Shown here: piece after piece, positions 51,736-64,000 of the stretch
Numbering within the stretch: position 1 is the stretch's first letter
Layout of the letters: every line of letters begins with the position of its first letter
Assembly (NCBI GenBank): GCA_964247055.1
Contig: OZ176052.1
Coordinates: 10,664,001-10,728,000, forward strand
Source: Paragordius varius
Lineage: Eukaryota > Animalia > Nematomorpha
Reading direction: 5' to 3'
Length of the DNA: 64,000 nucleotides
The notes under the pieces: generated by a model
What the model saw: the letters and a program-made list of their open reading frames with translations, nothing else
Databases searched by the model: none
What the model was told of the DNA's origin: nothing
Made by a program: the position numbers and the translations under genes

Positions 51736-52913
51736 TTAAAGTAAACTATGGTATTTTTTAAATACCCATTAAAAACCCATATAACAAATTTTTTTAAACA
51801 GATGTTCACATTTATTTTTTTAAAAAATGTATTATATTTTTTTAAAAAAACAGTCGGCCAAAAATCATTTTGGTTTCAGTAACCCTGATGCAACGTGCCA
51901 ATTTTTCTATTGTGAAAGCTGGTGGTTTCTATATCCAAAATATAAAAATTTGGAATTTAAATACCGATGAAGGCATCGCTAATAATTGATAGAATGGGAT
52001 TCTTAGCGGGTGTTTATTCTTTTCTAAAAATACAATATGATACTTTTATCATTTTAGAGATAACCGTCCCAACAAAAAATTTTACCAGGGTATTACCCCA
52101 GTAAAATACCTATTTAATACAATGTATCGAACTTGAATTAATTAAATGACCAGTTCAAACACTTTTATGCCCCAAAATATTTGACGGGTCGAAGAAGATA
52201 TTTTTCTTGTCTAAAGGGTAGTGCACATATAATAACGACAAATAAATGTGAAGAGATTTAATGAAATAAGCACATTAAAAAATTAAACGAATATTTCAAG
52301 GTCATAAAAAGCATATTTAGGGTTGCGGGCGGCCCGTGAGCCGCGGTTTTTGTAAATGGCTAAACTACACATCATATAAGAGTAAATTAATAACTGCTAT
52401 TTTGACAGTCATACGGTATTCACACTTGCTGACACCGATGTAACTATGCTGATAGAAATGAAAAGATATAAGATAAATAGATAATGAATTAAAATCGTCT
52501 ATACCAATAACAACTCCAACTGATAGTAATCAAGGTATGTTTATCAATGCAATATAATTTATTAATTACGCAATTTTTTAAAACGAATATGTTGGTCGTA
52601 AAAAATTACCTCTCATTCATATATAGATTATTATTAAACACAATCTTGTAATTATATTATAATACCGATTTCGGGCTTCAAAATTAATAGAAAACAAAAT
52701 TTTTTAAAAATGCGGTTTTAGGAGCTGTTTCCCAACTTTTATACTTTCGGTTTCTCCTATAACAATTTAAGGCTTTTCTATTTTTATGAATTTTGAAACA
52801 CCTTAGGTCCAATGTTTTATATATTTATTTATAATTTATTAATGTCTCACAGAACTCTTAATACATTAATGACTAAACAGATAAGCCTAAGTTAAGTGGG
52901 TAAATGGTGAAAA

Positions 52914-54431
52914 TCAGTAAAAGGTGCTTTTGATCGTGTTATGAAATGCTTGGCGAAATTTATCATTTAGTATGTAATAGCTATAGAATGAAAGACTACA
53001 CTTAACGACTTCCAGCAAATACATGAGGGCCATTAGGTCCCGGAAAAGACAGTGCTTATTATAGCATTGCTTATAGGCATATATCATGTGTAAAATAGCA
53101 ATTGGTATGGATAAAACTATAAAATTGATTATAAATATAATGATGGTCCAAATCAAGCGATTTTGAATCTTGAGTTCTGCAGGGATGCTCCATTTCGGTC
53201 TGTAATGGGCAATCACGTTTTTCCATTTCTTATTACTATTATTATGGTTATTTGTGGTGGTGATTGTGTGTAGAAAATATCTTGCAAAATATTTATCAAA
53301 ATGTATCTTTACCACATTTTTCCAATGAACAGGAATAGAATCGTTATTAACGGTTGGTTTTGTCGGGTGTGTTTCCATGTTAGAAATATGGATTGTATTC
53401 CATTCTGGGTTAGGAATGATAGATTGGGATGGACAGATAAATATTGTGCCGTTTGAAGCTTGGTTGTGAACCCTTTTGAAACGTTTGTTCAGTGTTAATA
53501 TAATTGAATATACGAAATACATTAAGAGAACTATGGGTAAAAACACAAAAATAGCTTCTCTCACAATCTCATAGATAGCATAGGATGAATCAGTCGCAAC
53601 ATTATAATCCTCAAGGACTTGGTACATATTGGAAATATTTTTATTGTTAAAACAACTCATAACATGACTTCCAAACTTTTGGTAAAATTCGGGCGAATAA
53701 GATCTATCATATACGGGATTTTCCCTTTTTCCATCACCTTCCTTTTTCACCAAAAGCACCGGACTTATATTGCTAAAGATGTACCAATTACGAATAGGTA
53801 TGTGAAAAATTATAATAACAAACACCAGAGATACTGTAAGTATTTTAGCCGTTTTCAGCGTGTAACTTAACGAAAAATATTTGACGGGATAGCATACAGC
53901 CATGTACGTATCGGCACACAATAGGAGTGTCATTAAATCGGACGAACGGATAGCAATAAATCTCAGTGGGAAAATAACCCGAGTGACTAGAAATACGTAC
54001 GTTTTGTTAAAGGCATACGAGATAATTATACCTTGAGACTCAAAATGTAAACCGTAGTAATACATTACGGGGCACACAATGAAAGCCAAACATGCTATGA
54101 GATTGAAGATAGCTATACAAGCCGTATAAAATTTTATGATAATAAAGGAATGTAACGTACTGGCACAAGGTGTACCGGGTCTACTCACCCTCGAATACCT
54201 GTTGTTATGTTGATGATTTAGGTTACCCCATTTGGGTAAAACAAGAAACGTTAAGATTGCACCAATTAAACCCAAGAATATGACTAGAGGCATTATAAAA
54301 CAAAATATAACGAATTCCATCCTAGTTATCAAAGCCATTTTTGAAACGTATATACTATGGATGAAATTAATGATACTGCCTACACCAATGTAAAAAAATA
54401 TATTGAGTATATGGATTGAGTGACTTGTCAT
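52914..54431 (-). CDS. Intronless class A (rhodopsin-like) GPCR, probably FMRFamide/peptide receptor-like
   Basis: 505-aa ORF with seven hydrophobic segments, CADTYMAVCYPVKY after TM3 and YYILNDKFRQAF at TM7/helix 8. Translation may start at the Met at 54338. Confidence 0.88.
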   Translation of the reverse strand: MTSHSIHILNIFFYIGVGSIINFIHSIYVSKMALITRMEFVIFCFIMPLVIFLGLIGAILTFLVLPKWGNLNHQHNNRYSRVSRPGTPCASTLHSFIIIKFYTACIAIFNLIACLAFIVCPVMYYYGLHFESQGIIISYAFNKTYVFLVTRVIFPLRFIAIRSSDLMTLLLCADTYMAVCYPVKYFSLSYTLKTAKILTVSLVFVIIIFHIPIRNWYIFSNISPVLLVKKEGDGKRENPVYDRSYSPEFYQKFGSHVMSCFNNKNISNMYQVLEDYNVATDSSYAIYEIVREAIFVFLPIVLLMYFVYSIILTLNKRFKRVHNQASNGTIFICPSQSIIPNPEWNTIHISNMETHPTKPTVNNDSIPVHWKNVVKIHFDKYFARYFLHTITTTNNHNNSNKKWKNVIAHYRPKWSIPAELKIQNRLIWTIIIFIINFIVLSIPIAILHMIYAYKQCYNKHCLFRDLMALMYLLEVVKCSLSFYSYYILNDKFRQAFHNTIKSTFY

Positions 54432-55787
54432 TTCATCACACCCATCTAAGGTAAGGTTGGAAGTAATTATATCTCTGTATGCGCATAAACATGCGAAAAA
54501 AACAACTATATTGTTAATTTTCTTTGCGCCACATCCCAGATAATACTCATGAATAATTACTTTTTTGGTTTTAATGATAGTTAATATTATTAATATATTT
54601 ATAAATTTCCTTATTTTACATTATTTTCGGTGTGTTTATATACCATCTCATTAATAAATTATGCAGCGATAATTAATAAAAATATCCTAATTTAAAATTT
54701 ATATAGTTGTTTCATCCCCTAATAAAGCTTTCAATAAGCAGCAAATATTTTTTTATCATTTTGCGACATAACATCCAAAATAGGCAAATCATGCAGTTAA
54801 TAATTGATACTATTGCCTTTTGGGCCGGAAAGTGCCCCTTTGCGATTTAATATTATGCACTGACTTATCATCTATGCATTTAATGCCTCTAAACTGTATT
54901 ATTCAAAAAAATGAAAATGAAAAAATTATATATCTAAGATTGCCCCCAAAGTATAGTTTTATAAAAATTCATTAAACACTTCTAAATAACACGATTTATG
55001 TAGGATAATTTATGTTCAATCAAATTTTAATGTCAAACATAGTTATAGCGGCAGAATCAGCTATTTTTAATTTAAATTTTAAAATCTGCCCAATTTTTTG
55101 TGCATAGTAATATTTACTTATGATAATTTAAAGCTAAAATTCTAATATGAAAACTAGTACGCTGGTATGCATCGCCATTTGGGGTTATAAATTATAATTT
55201 AGCAAGCTGAGAAAATACCGCTTAGTAAGCCATTAGTATATCTTTAATAAATTTTGGAGCAATTATATTAAATTGATTAATATAATCCATTTATTTAATA
55301 TAAATGCTACAAACGTGAACTCATAATTTGTATGTGATTTATACAGGATAGCGATATGCCAAAGAAAGTGAACGAAATCCTTACCATTAAAAATAATGCC
55401 AAAAAAATCTATCAATACATTTGCCGATTTGAAACACTAATTTGGGATACTTGTTTTTTTATAAAGGGGACACTGGGCCAAACATGAAAGCAAATTTAAA
55501 AAAATCTTTAAGGGTGTATTTTTAAGGAGACATTGAGGCCATAATTAAATTTAAATGGGGACATGTTATCCAAAAAATTAAATAATAGACATCATTTTTT
55601 GTGTTTGCAAGCGAATTTTAGATCGGATAAAAAATATTTTTGGAGATCTTTTGCTAAACGTGATTTTAGGGAGATAGCGGCTAAAATCATGGATAATTCG
55701 AAAATATAACGTTCAGCGCATCATAAATATATAATCAATTTCATTCATATGATTGGACCAATATGTTGTCCGAAAAAAGCTTTAGAC

Positions 55788-56050
55788 CAGGGGTGTTTAA
55801 AAGCCGCCCGCGGGCTGAATGTAGCCCTGGGTGATCTTAAGTGGGGGCGACAAAAATTTTGGAAATCTTTATTGTTAAAATATATGCTTACAAATTCTTA
55901 TTAAATAAATATATCTTAACCAATTTTAAAAATTAATCTTTTCAATGCTAAAATTTTTTTACAATTGTTTGCATTTTACAATCTTATGTTGCAAATCTAG
56001 TAAATTATCCATAAAGTCCATATATATTTCGAATGAGGCCCGCAAAACCA
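55788..56050. mobile_element. hAT-type MITE, truncated
   Basis: caggggtgt left TIR, gcccgcggg and aatgaggcccgc internal motifs shared with the 10547 copy. Confidence 0.55.
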
Positions 56051-57048
56051 TTTTTTGGCTACTTTAGACAATCGGAAACTTGTATCTTTGGAAAATAATG
56101 ATTAAAGGTGGAACGGAACACATGGCCAATTAGCGGCTCGAATCTCGGCGCATTTAGAAATGAAATAACATTCTTTATTGCACTAGAATGAGCCCAGAAC
56201 ATTACGCCAAAGCCAACATTCGACGTTTTTATTCTTGTATACACAGTGCACAAACAAATATATTATTCTGATAGATAGAAGTGTCAAGATTCTATGATGC
56301 ATTTAATTTGGGAGCTTACAAATGATTTAAGAAAGTTATATGCATTTTTTTGTGGCGACTAAAATATATGGAAATCAAAATTAGCTCATTATATTATGCT
56401 AAAATTTTTTGGCGTAAGCCAAATGCCTCATTACAGAATAACATTAAAATTTATAAACTAAAGAAAACAGCAAAATATATTTATATTAGAGAAATTTACC
56501 CAGGCTTCGAAAGAGTGGCAAATCTTTAGAACCCCTAAAATCGGCGGTTTTTAAAAATAAAGGTTATGCTAAGGTTGTGCCATAATTTTAGTGCATGCTA
56601 AATTATGAGGTCAGAAAAATTAAAAAAGTGCATTTTGCTTTTAAATTTTAATTTTGGCAGTTTATGGAAGCGTACTTCATGGTACTTTGAAGCATAGTTG
56701 AAGGGTAGAAAACATAATAAGATATTAAAAATACACTTTTTAATATAATTCGATAAGGCTTAACTCACTTTAAAATTTTATTATAAAGGTTTTTATTTAA
56801 GTATGAATAAATTTTAAAAAGCTATTTATATTTAAACTTGCAGATAAATAAATTTTTGTTCAGTATCTTAAGGTGAAAAAAATCAGCTTTTATTTTTTTA
56901 TAATATCAAGAGTCCATAAGCTCATGTAAAACATTAATTATATAATCATTTTCAACTATTCTGCCAACATATACTGATATCTTATGTAATAAGATCACTT
57001 GAGTCTAATAAAATATTTGCAATCACATGCCTCACCACATATTTTTAG

Positions 57049-60000
57049 AGATTCATTTATATGGATGTTTTTGAATATTTAAAAATTGGGGACCAATATT
57101 TTCACGAAAATAAATTCGAATTAGCAATATTGGCATATAAATATTTTTTAATTTATGAACCCCAAAATATATTTGTTAGAGCCAAAATTTCGAATATTTT
57201 TCAAAGTTTAAGCAAACCACGTTTGAGATATAAGGATGAAAATATTAAATTTCAAACATTCCCCGTAGACGATTTGAATATCAAGGATTTTGAATTATTG
57301 AGTTACATCCAAGAGTTTCTTAACAAAAGCCAAGTATAATTTTTTTAATGGTAGAATGTATTAATAAACATAACCATTCTTTACAGAATTTTAAAAGAAA
57401 AGTTGGAAAGCTTAGAACTTGAAAAATTATTACTTATCGATTTGGGAGCGTCACAGATCAATGGTATCTATTTTTTATTATTATGTCAGATTCACAATAC
57501 GACTATAAACGCAGGTCTTCTCGAGTATGATTGTACAATTATTTTGTAGGTTTCCAAAACTTCCAAAAAAGACGATTTTGATGATACGGATGATGTATTA
57601 AATGTTTTTTATAATACAATCGCAAATTGTTCTTTATTGCAAAATAAGTTTAACTTTTGCGAATCCTTGCTTTTTAAGGATTTATCAGTCCTACCAAGAA
57701 AAGACATTATATACCTGAAATATTATGTTCTTTTTAAACAAAAGTTTGCAACAGTTGAAGAAAATGACAAAATATCCAGCCATATATCCACCCATAATTC
57801 ACGCAAAACACATATGATTGGGGAATGCAAAATATACTTAAATATTTTTAACAAAATTTTACGGTTTGCTGAGTGTACAAACGCTTTTTTAGATAAAAAC
57901 TCTAATGTAACTTTAAATCTCTCTGAATTTCTTTTATGTCTCATGTGTTATTTGAGTGGACTTACTAGTCCATTGTTAGATATTAAGTCTGAAAAGATTG
58001 AGTCTGAACCGAAGTCTAAAGACCTACCAGTTCATTTCTTTCATTCCAAACAAATAAAAGAACAATTTTTACAAATTGCGCAACATTTATTTGCCTTGGA
58101 ACCAAATATTCTTGATTGGGAAAATTTTTGCTCTCATTTAACACACACCGAAAAAGATCTCGCTTCTATATTATCCTTTCCTGCTATTATTATAGAAAAT
58201 GAAAATTTTAGCTCTATTAATGTTAATGATACGTTAAATTCTTCAAACTTTTTATATCTTTCCACTTTATCGCATTACCTTAATTTGATGATGACGGCAA
58301 TAGAATTACAATTGGACATTCATATGCAATCTCTATGTACCAATTTTGATACTCAAAAGTTTATGAAACAATACAGTGATAAGTGCAATGGGGATGTATA
58401 TGACGTTTTATTGACTCCATACGATACTAGTAATATTTTTCATTTTTATTTAAATCGAAACAACGATTTTAGGTAAACGTAGAAAATTAGCGTTTTATGG
58501 CAAAAATATTATTAAAATAAGGAAATTTATTTCATTCTAACAAACAAATGGTTTTTATCAGTCAACAGTACAATTTGATGGGATTAAGGTATATACCAGG
58601 GATTATTAACAGTTACATCAAAATTTTTTAAAATTATTTTTTTAATATAATTATTTGATCGCATTAAAAGCCAATTTTCTCTATTTGTATCATCTGTAAA
58701 ATTATCCTAATTTTTGGAGCATATTCTAAATACCGCTTGAACCTTTATATTTGATATCATTATTGCACTTAGTGATAAATTTTCCTGTAGAAATTATTTT
58801 AAATGAAATTTGTTTCCAAAGTTTAAATTTGTTTCTTCATCAGAATTCAAAATTTTTTTTGATATAAGGATATATTGATACATAAATTAAAATTTATGAA
58901 AATTTTGTTTTATATGGTATATATATATTTTTATGCACATAGCACATTACATACCAAATCACATAATGTCACAACTTTTACACAACCTTGAGAATATATT
59001 GTTACCACGGTTTAAAAAACCAGAGCCTACCAGTGAAGATAATTGCATTGGAAACTTAAAGTGTCGTTTTGTATCAGTTTGCGCACATACGATTACTAAT
59101 GAAGGATTAAATCTATACCAAGTTTTAGAGTTAGATAATGAGCTAAAAATTCGATTTATCACCAGATTTTTGCGCATTAAATGCCTGTATATGATGCTAC
59201 AAATATACGGTGCTCAGAGCATAATAACTCAGGATATATTGTTTAATAGAAAATCAAACGGAGACACTCCCTTTTCATACGCTATGTATTTGAAAGAACA
59301 TATATTACCCATCTACCACACGCAATTGGTACAAACACTCTTATGTTATCAACAAACCCTAAATACTAAATTGATTCAAATAAACAATAGCCAAATATCA
59401 ACCCAGAAGGACAATAAATTTTATTTATTTGATTCAAGCTCTGTACTTACAGTTTTAGATTCCCTACTTAATCGTGTTGAGATTGAAAGAAGTGCGGATG
59501 ATATTAAATTATTTAAATGGTCTTTTACATTTCCTCATTGTCGCTATTTTGGCATTTGGTCAATGAACACTATTGAATTACTTGAAGAATGGATATTAAA
59601 TGAATTTGACAATAAATATTTATTGGGTATAATCCGTCATGCGGCGGTGAATTCACAAAAGATTGCTCGTAATAATAAGGATCAAGTTATGTTTGATGGA
59701 AACAATAATAATAACTTCATATATGACGTAAATCAAACTCAACAACTGAAACAAGTCAATTCGGACGAAAAATACGGGAGAATCTTGGCCTCATTCAATG
59801 AGGTTTGTCCGAATGTTTGCAGATTTTGTAAAAATGCTTTGTTATATTAAGCTTCAATATAATGTACTGGGCGTATTTATAAGTTTTTACCGGTTTTTAC
59901 TAAAAAAACATATAATTTTAAAAGGATATCATTTATTTATTTTATTCAAATATTTTACATTGGCTTCCACACATTACGCTCATCTCTCGGGAAATATAAG

Positions 60001-63000
60001 AATGCCAGAAAAACTGATTGACTTTTGCAGCAATTCTTCGTCAAGCCATTATTCAACGTTTTCAAAATTATTGAAGTGCTGTTCTGTAAGGGTGACCTTC
60101 AAAGAGACGAAATTGTATTAATCTGATGGCGCCAGGTCGGGTGAGTCCAGCGGATGCAGAAAACTTCCCATCGAAGCGATTTTAAGGTGTTTTTCACTTG
60201 TTCTTCGCGTGAAACGCAGTAATGTCTTATAGCGAATTGCTTTGCCATGTTTGCAGGCTTATTCCGGTTGTTTTTCGATTAATTAATGGTTTTAATTTGT
60301 ATTTGTCTGCGACAGTATAGTATATCTATTACACGGGATCAAAAGTCGTACCGCTTCGTCTTACCAGACTTACAGTATGGTTTTGTCGAAGCGATTTGGC
60401 CTTATAAAATATGGAAGCTTGGCAAGGTAAATGCATCCCCGTCCCAATTCGTTTTAAATTATTTTCGTGACTCTGAAGCAGTTTCAATCGATTTGACATT
60501 TTTTCAAATTGTAGTATCGAGTTTATTGTTCTTCCCATTCCTCTTAAACATTTATGATTGTTTTTTGTAATATACATAACTTCTGCCAATTACCGTTGAG
60601 TAGGTTGGGTCATCCTCTAAACTCTTGTCTTTGCAGTTGTGCTATCTACCAGAGCGTCCATACTCTTTCACATGAAATCAGAATTTTAAATATTTGATTA
60701 TGTTTTACACATGTTTATCGATAGACCATTACCATATGTTTCTACTTAACTTTAAACATTCTTTTTCTGATGGCAAATCCCGCAAAATCTTTTTCAGGCA
60801 CAAAATACGAATGATTTCTGAGTGATAAAAGTAAGACAATAGTTTTTGATGAACTCAACTTGTGTGTGCTTGTCGTTTGTTAGATGAACGAAATGGGGGA
60901 TCTGTATCAAATTAATTTGCCTACTTTGGGCTCACGTCTTCCCTTAGTTAAACCGGTAAGAACTTATGAATACTTATGTAAAAAGTGTCTAATTCTATCA
61001 ATATTAAATCTTTTGTTACCATAAGATGTGTTAAAATTGACCCTATATTTTAATAATGTCAGGGATTTGACTTATCCATTATAACGGAGGCAAATATTCA
61101 ACTATCTTCATCTGAAGTTTACATTATATTACCCTATCTACGATTCGTAACTGATTTATTCACCAAATTTTTGTCATCAATGTTCAAAGAGGAGTATATA
61201 GGTAAGAATAACGCTCAAATAGACATTACTGCAATACAAATATTTGCCTATCTTTTTGCGAAATTGCTTAAAGAATTTGATTTTCCAACTATTGAACACC
61301 TTGCAATGCAATTGGAACACGAGGAATGTTGGCTTAAATTTATATTGTGTCTTATAATCCATAACACAACAGTCATGTATTATCTTATTCAACAGCACAA
61401 CAATTACACCAATAGTAATAGGCAAAATGTCCATAATAATTCAGTATTACTTAAAATTTTGCATGAAAATGACATAATTTATCCATTTATTTTGCTGTAT
61501 TTTGTACTAAAATCTGATAGTACCATGGTTGATTCATTTGAAAATATAGATAAGTCTGTTAAGGGAAAGAAAATAAATACTACCGGTTCCAAAAATTATG
61601 CCCTAGAATACATGATAGCTCTGCATGAGGGGCTTGGAAGGTAATCCCTTAATTATTTTTTAAATAATTACATTTTTTTATTCAGTAGGAATTTAAAAAG
61701 TGAATTTAAATTTCAATTAAATTAGTAGACTAAGGGTCCTTCTTGTATGAATGATGACTAACATTAAAATATGTTTTAAAATTCTTACCCTATAACTTAT
61801 AGAGTGTGGTTTCCACTTTTTCCAAAAAATATGGGGTAAATTTGTTTTTTTAATTCGCACATTAATAATGTATTACAATGTCATTTATATTAAAATAAAT
61901 TAGCTTAGGGCTTTGTACACTGGCAAATGGTGCCATGCTTAAACTATGTGCAGAAGAATCCTATAATCAAGCACAAATGATTGTTAATGAAATTGCCGAT
62001 TGTGAAGAACTCATAAAAACTCATGGATCATCCTATAAAATTTCAAAGAAGGATTCTACAACAATACCAATTAATAAGGAAAATTCCCCTAATTTAACAC
62101 TACAAACCTTATTAGATAATTTGGAAGATAGTAAGGATGAACTGAGTGAAGTCATTGAACAATGCTTTTTTTGCATGTATGAAATAACGCACAAGAAATG
62201 GAGAAATACCAAACATTTGGTGGAACATAAATCGCCTTTGGTAAGAATGTACTTTTACTTTTAAACTAAAAAAAAAGTTTTACTTGTTTTTTGCGGTTAT
62301 ATTTTATGGAAAATACCTGACCTATAGTATTTTTCAACTTTTTACATTTATAATTAATATTTAAAGAATTTTACTAATATTTATATTTTTGATATAAATG
62401 TTGTCAAATTTGCTTTTTTATATCGTGTTTTTGTGGTTTTATGTCTAATAATTCGGTTTTTTAATATTTTTCTTTACATAATCAATCTTTGCCTAAATAT
62501 CAAAAAAAATTGTTTGGACTATGTATTCACAATTAATTTTTTATCTTTTATTTAATAAAATGTATAAAGAGAACAAAAATGGGTTAATTTACATTGGATT
62601 TCATATTATTGCGTTCTTTGTCAATTAAAAAATATATTTACATATAGATTGAATTTACGTTGGATCAAGGTTGGTTACTGTTCAATTTTCTTAAACCCGT
62701 TCAACTTCCAAAATTTGATTCCAAAACGCTGACAATCAATACAGAAATCAAAGATATATTCGAATTTATGCTAACAACCTATTATAATAAAAATAGGATA
62801 AAACCAGATAATACTATCATTGCAAATGAATATAATACATTAGTGCATTACTTATCGCATGGCAGTTTATTTAATGGTATTTATTTTTTCTCAGATTTTA
62901 GTTGCGCATTTCATTTCAAGAGCAATTTATAAACTTTTAAGACTAATTTTCTTATCAAATCTGTTTAATATGTTTTTTGATAATAACATTTTAGATCAAG

Positions 63001-63629
63001 AAAATATAATACCCAATTCGCAATCTATGACTGGGAATTTACCCTTTTTCAATATGTTTCAAAGCCATTTTATTCAACGACTCTTGCCTGTCATTAAACA
63101 TGTAATACATTTCATCCTTTATGGTACGCACATTTGTGAAAACAATGTGGAATGCCTTAAATTAATCAATAATAATGATGAAAATGAGAGAAATGTTAAT
63201 TCTAATTCATCCCTTATATCATCAAAAACACCGAATTTGCCGTCAAAACAAATTAATGAATATCAAGCTCATTCTTGGCTGTCTAAACATTTGGAATTCG
63301 ATAAAAGCCCAAAAAATTATATTGAACAAGAAACCAATGGTCAAAATATCAATAATCATGAATCATTAACGACGTTTGACACCATGGTTTTAAGGGAAAT
63401 ATTTTACCTATTGGCCGATTATTACTTTAAAAATATGTATACGACTAAAGCTTTGCGTTATTACATTGCAGATTTAGCATATAATACGGTGTTAGATGAT
63501 TTGGAAAAAGATAACACCAACACTATTATACCACAAAGATCTGTTAATTATTATTGTTTCCAAAGATCGGATACATGGGCCGGTATTGCATTAGTGAGGA
63601 GTAGCTCGTTTGAACAAACTCTCAGAACG
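57049..63629 (+). CDS. CABIN1: Calcineurin-binding protein cabin-1 (HIRA complex, TPR protein); partial, both ends unresolved
   Basis: Coding blocks at about 57049-57335, 57551-58472, 58943-59802, 61050-61641, 61904-62241, 62649-62876, 62995-63629. Motifs IEQCFFCMY..HLVEH, FLKPVQLPKFDS, EIFYLLADYYFKN..KALRYY, RSDTWAGIAL. Some junctions were not resolved. Confidence 0.88.
59867..60978 (-). mobile_element. Near full-length fossil mariner element in a CABIN1 intron
   Basis: TIRs of about 30 bp (gtatttataagtttttaccggttt / aaaccggtaagaacttatgaatac) with TA TSDs. Broken transposase: FVPEK, VETYG, LAEV, WEVF.HP.DSPDLAPSD, EQHF..FENV..WLDE, FPER..CVEA..KYFE*. Confidence 0.88.
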
Positions 63630-63656
63630 GTATATATATATATATATATATATACA

Positions 63657-63866
63657 TACACCATTTACAGTCATATTCACTCTTAAACAATTCGAATTCA
63701 CCCTTAAATAAATTATGCGTTTTTTAAGATTAAAGTAACCTATATTTTTATATTTTTAATAAGCTATGCTATAAGAATATATTGAGTTATATTAGCCCGA
63801 AAAGATATAATTTATTTTTAGGGTGAATTTGAATTGTTCAGGTGTGAATTTGAATTGTAAATGGTA
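63657..63866. mobile_element. Family A TIR element in a CABIN1 intron
   Basis: ccatttacag..ttcacccttaaa ... gggtgaatttgaattgtaaatggta-TA, next to a (TA)n run. Confidence 0.8.
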
Positions 63867-64000
63867 TATACTGCTTATAGTTTAGGGTTTATATATACCT
63901 TAGACCCCCCAGTATAACACCCCTCATCATGAGCTAATAAACTAATAGCTCATGCTGATTGATCACATGCGTATTTCCGAATTATAGACACAGTTTTTAT

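Noticed and set aside
55130-56700. Exon-like GC-richer patches and ORF 56059-56253 as the CABIN1 5' end
   Set aside because: No phase-consistent chain and no convincing match to the CABIN1 N-terminus; may be decayed TE sequence.
59798-60570. Plus-strand ORFs 59798-60121 and 60286-60570 as CABIN1 exons
   Set aside because: They are mostly antisense to the mariner fossil.
62877-62894. Possible 18-nt intron gtatttattttttctcag in CABIN1
   Set aside because: That acceptor leads to a stop at 62932. The acceptor at 62994 (118-nt intron) joins the conserved downstream frame.
2910-63369. Short antisense ORFs overlapping real exons (e.g. 2910-3092, 15472-15678, 38467-38664, 53619-53870, 57723-57944, 58959-59177, 61177-61434, 63175-63369)
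   Set aside because: They are shadows of coding sequence, or of AT-rich DNA, with no independent support.

Overview
Very AT-rich, repeat-rich window from a spliced eukaryotic genome. It is an invertebrate animal by gene content; the species cannot be named from sequence alone. Genes reconstructed by hand: a thioredoxin-domain membrane protein (-), a Kv channel beta subunit (+, with a possible CaaX-terminated C-terminal extension), GFOD1 (-), TBC1D20 (-), SNAPIN (+), GPATCH4-like (-), TMEM256 (-), RPS21 (+), a PEBP protein (-), an intronless class A peptide-type GPCR (-) and CABIN1 (+, runs off the window). The most striking feature is a class of GT-AG introns only 20-28 nt long, required by homology in several genes (four in RPS21), alongside kb-scale introns filled with transposons. 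TBC1D20, SNAPIN and GPATCH4 are packed so tightly that neighbouring transcripts probably overlap: 9 nt between two start codons and 2 nt between two stop codons. Mobile DNA includes hAT, mariner/Tc1, piggyBac-like, Helitron, RTE LINE, a tRNA-derived SINE, and an unclassified TA-flanked TIR family with 21-bp arrays. One locus is a three-layer nest (hAT > TIR element > RTE). Exon boundaries were read manually, homology calls rest on recalled family motifs, and no database search was run.
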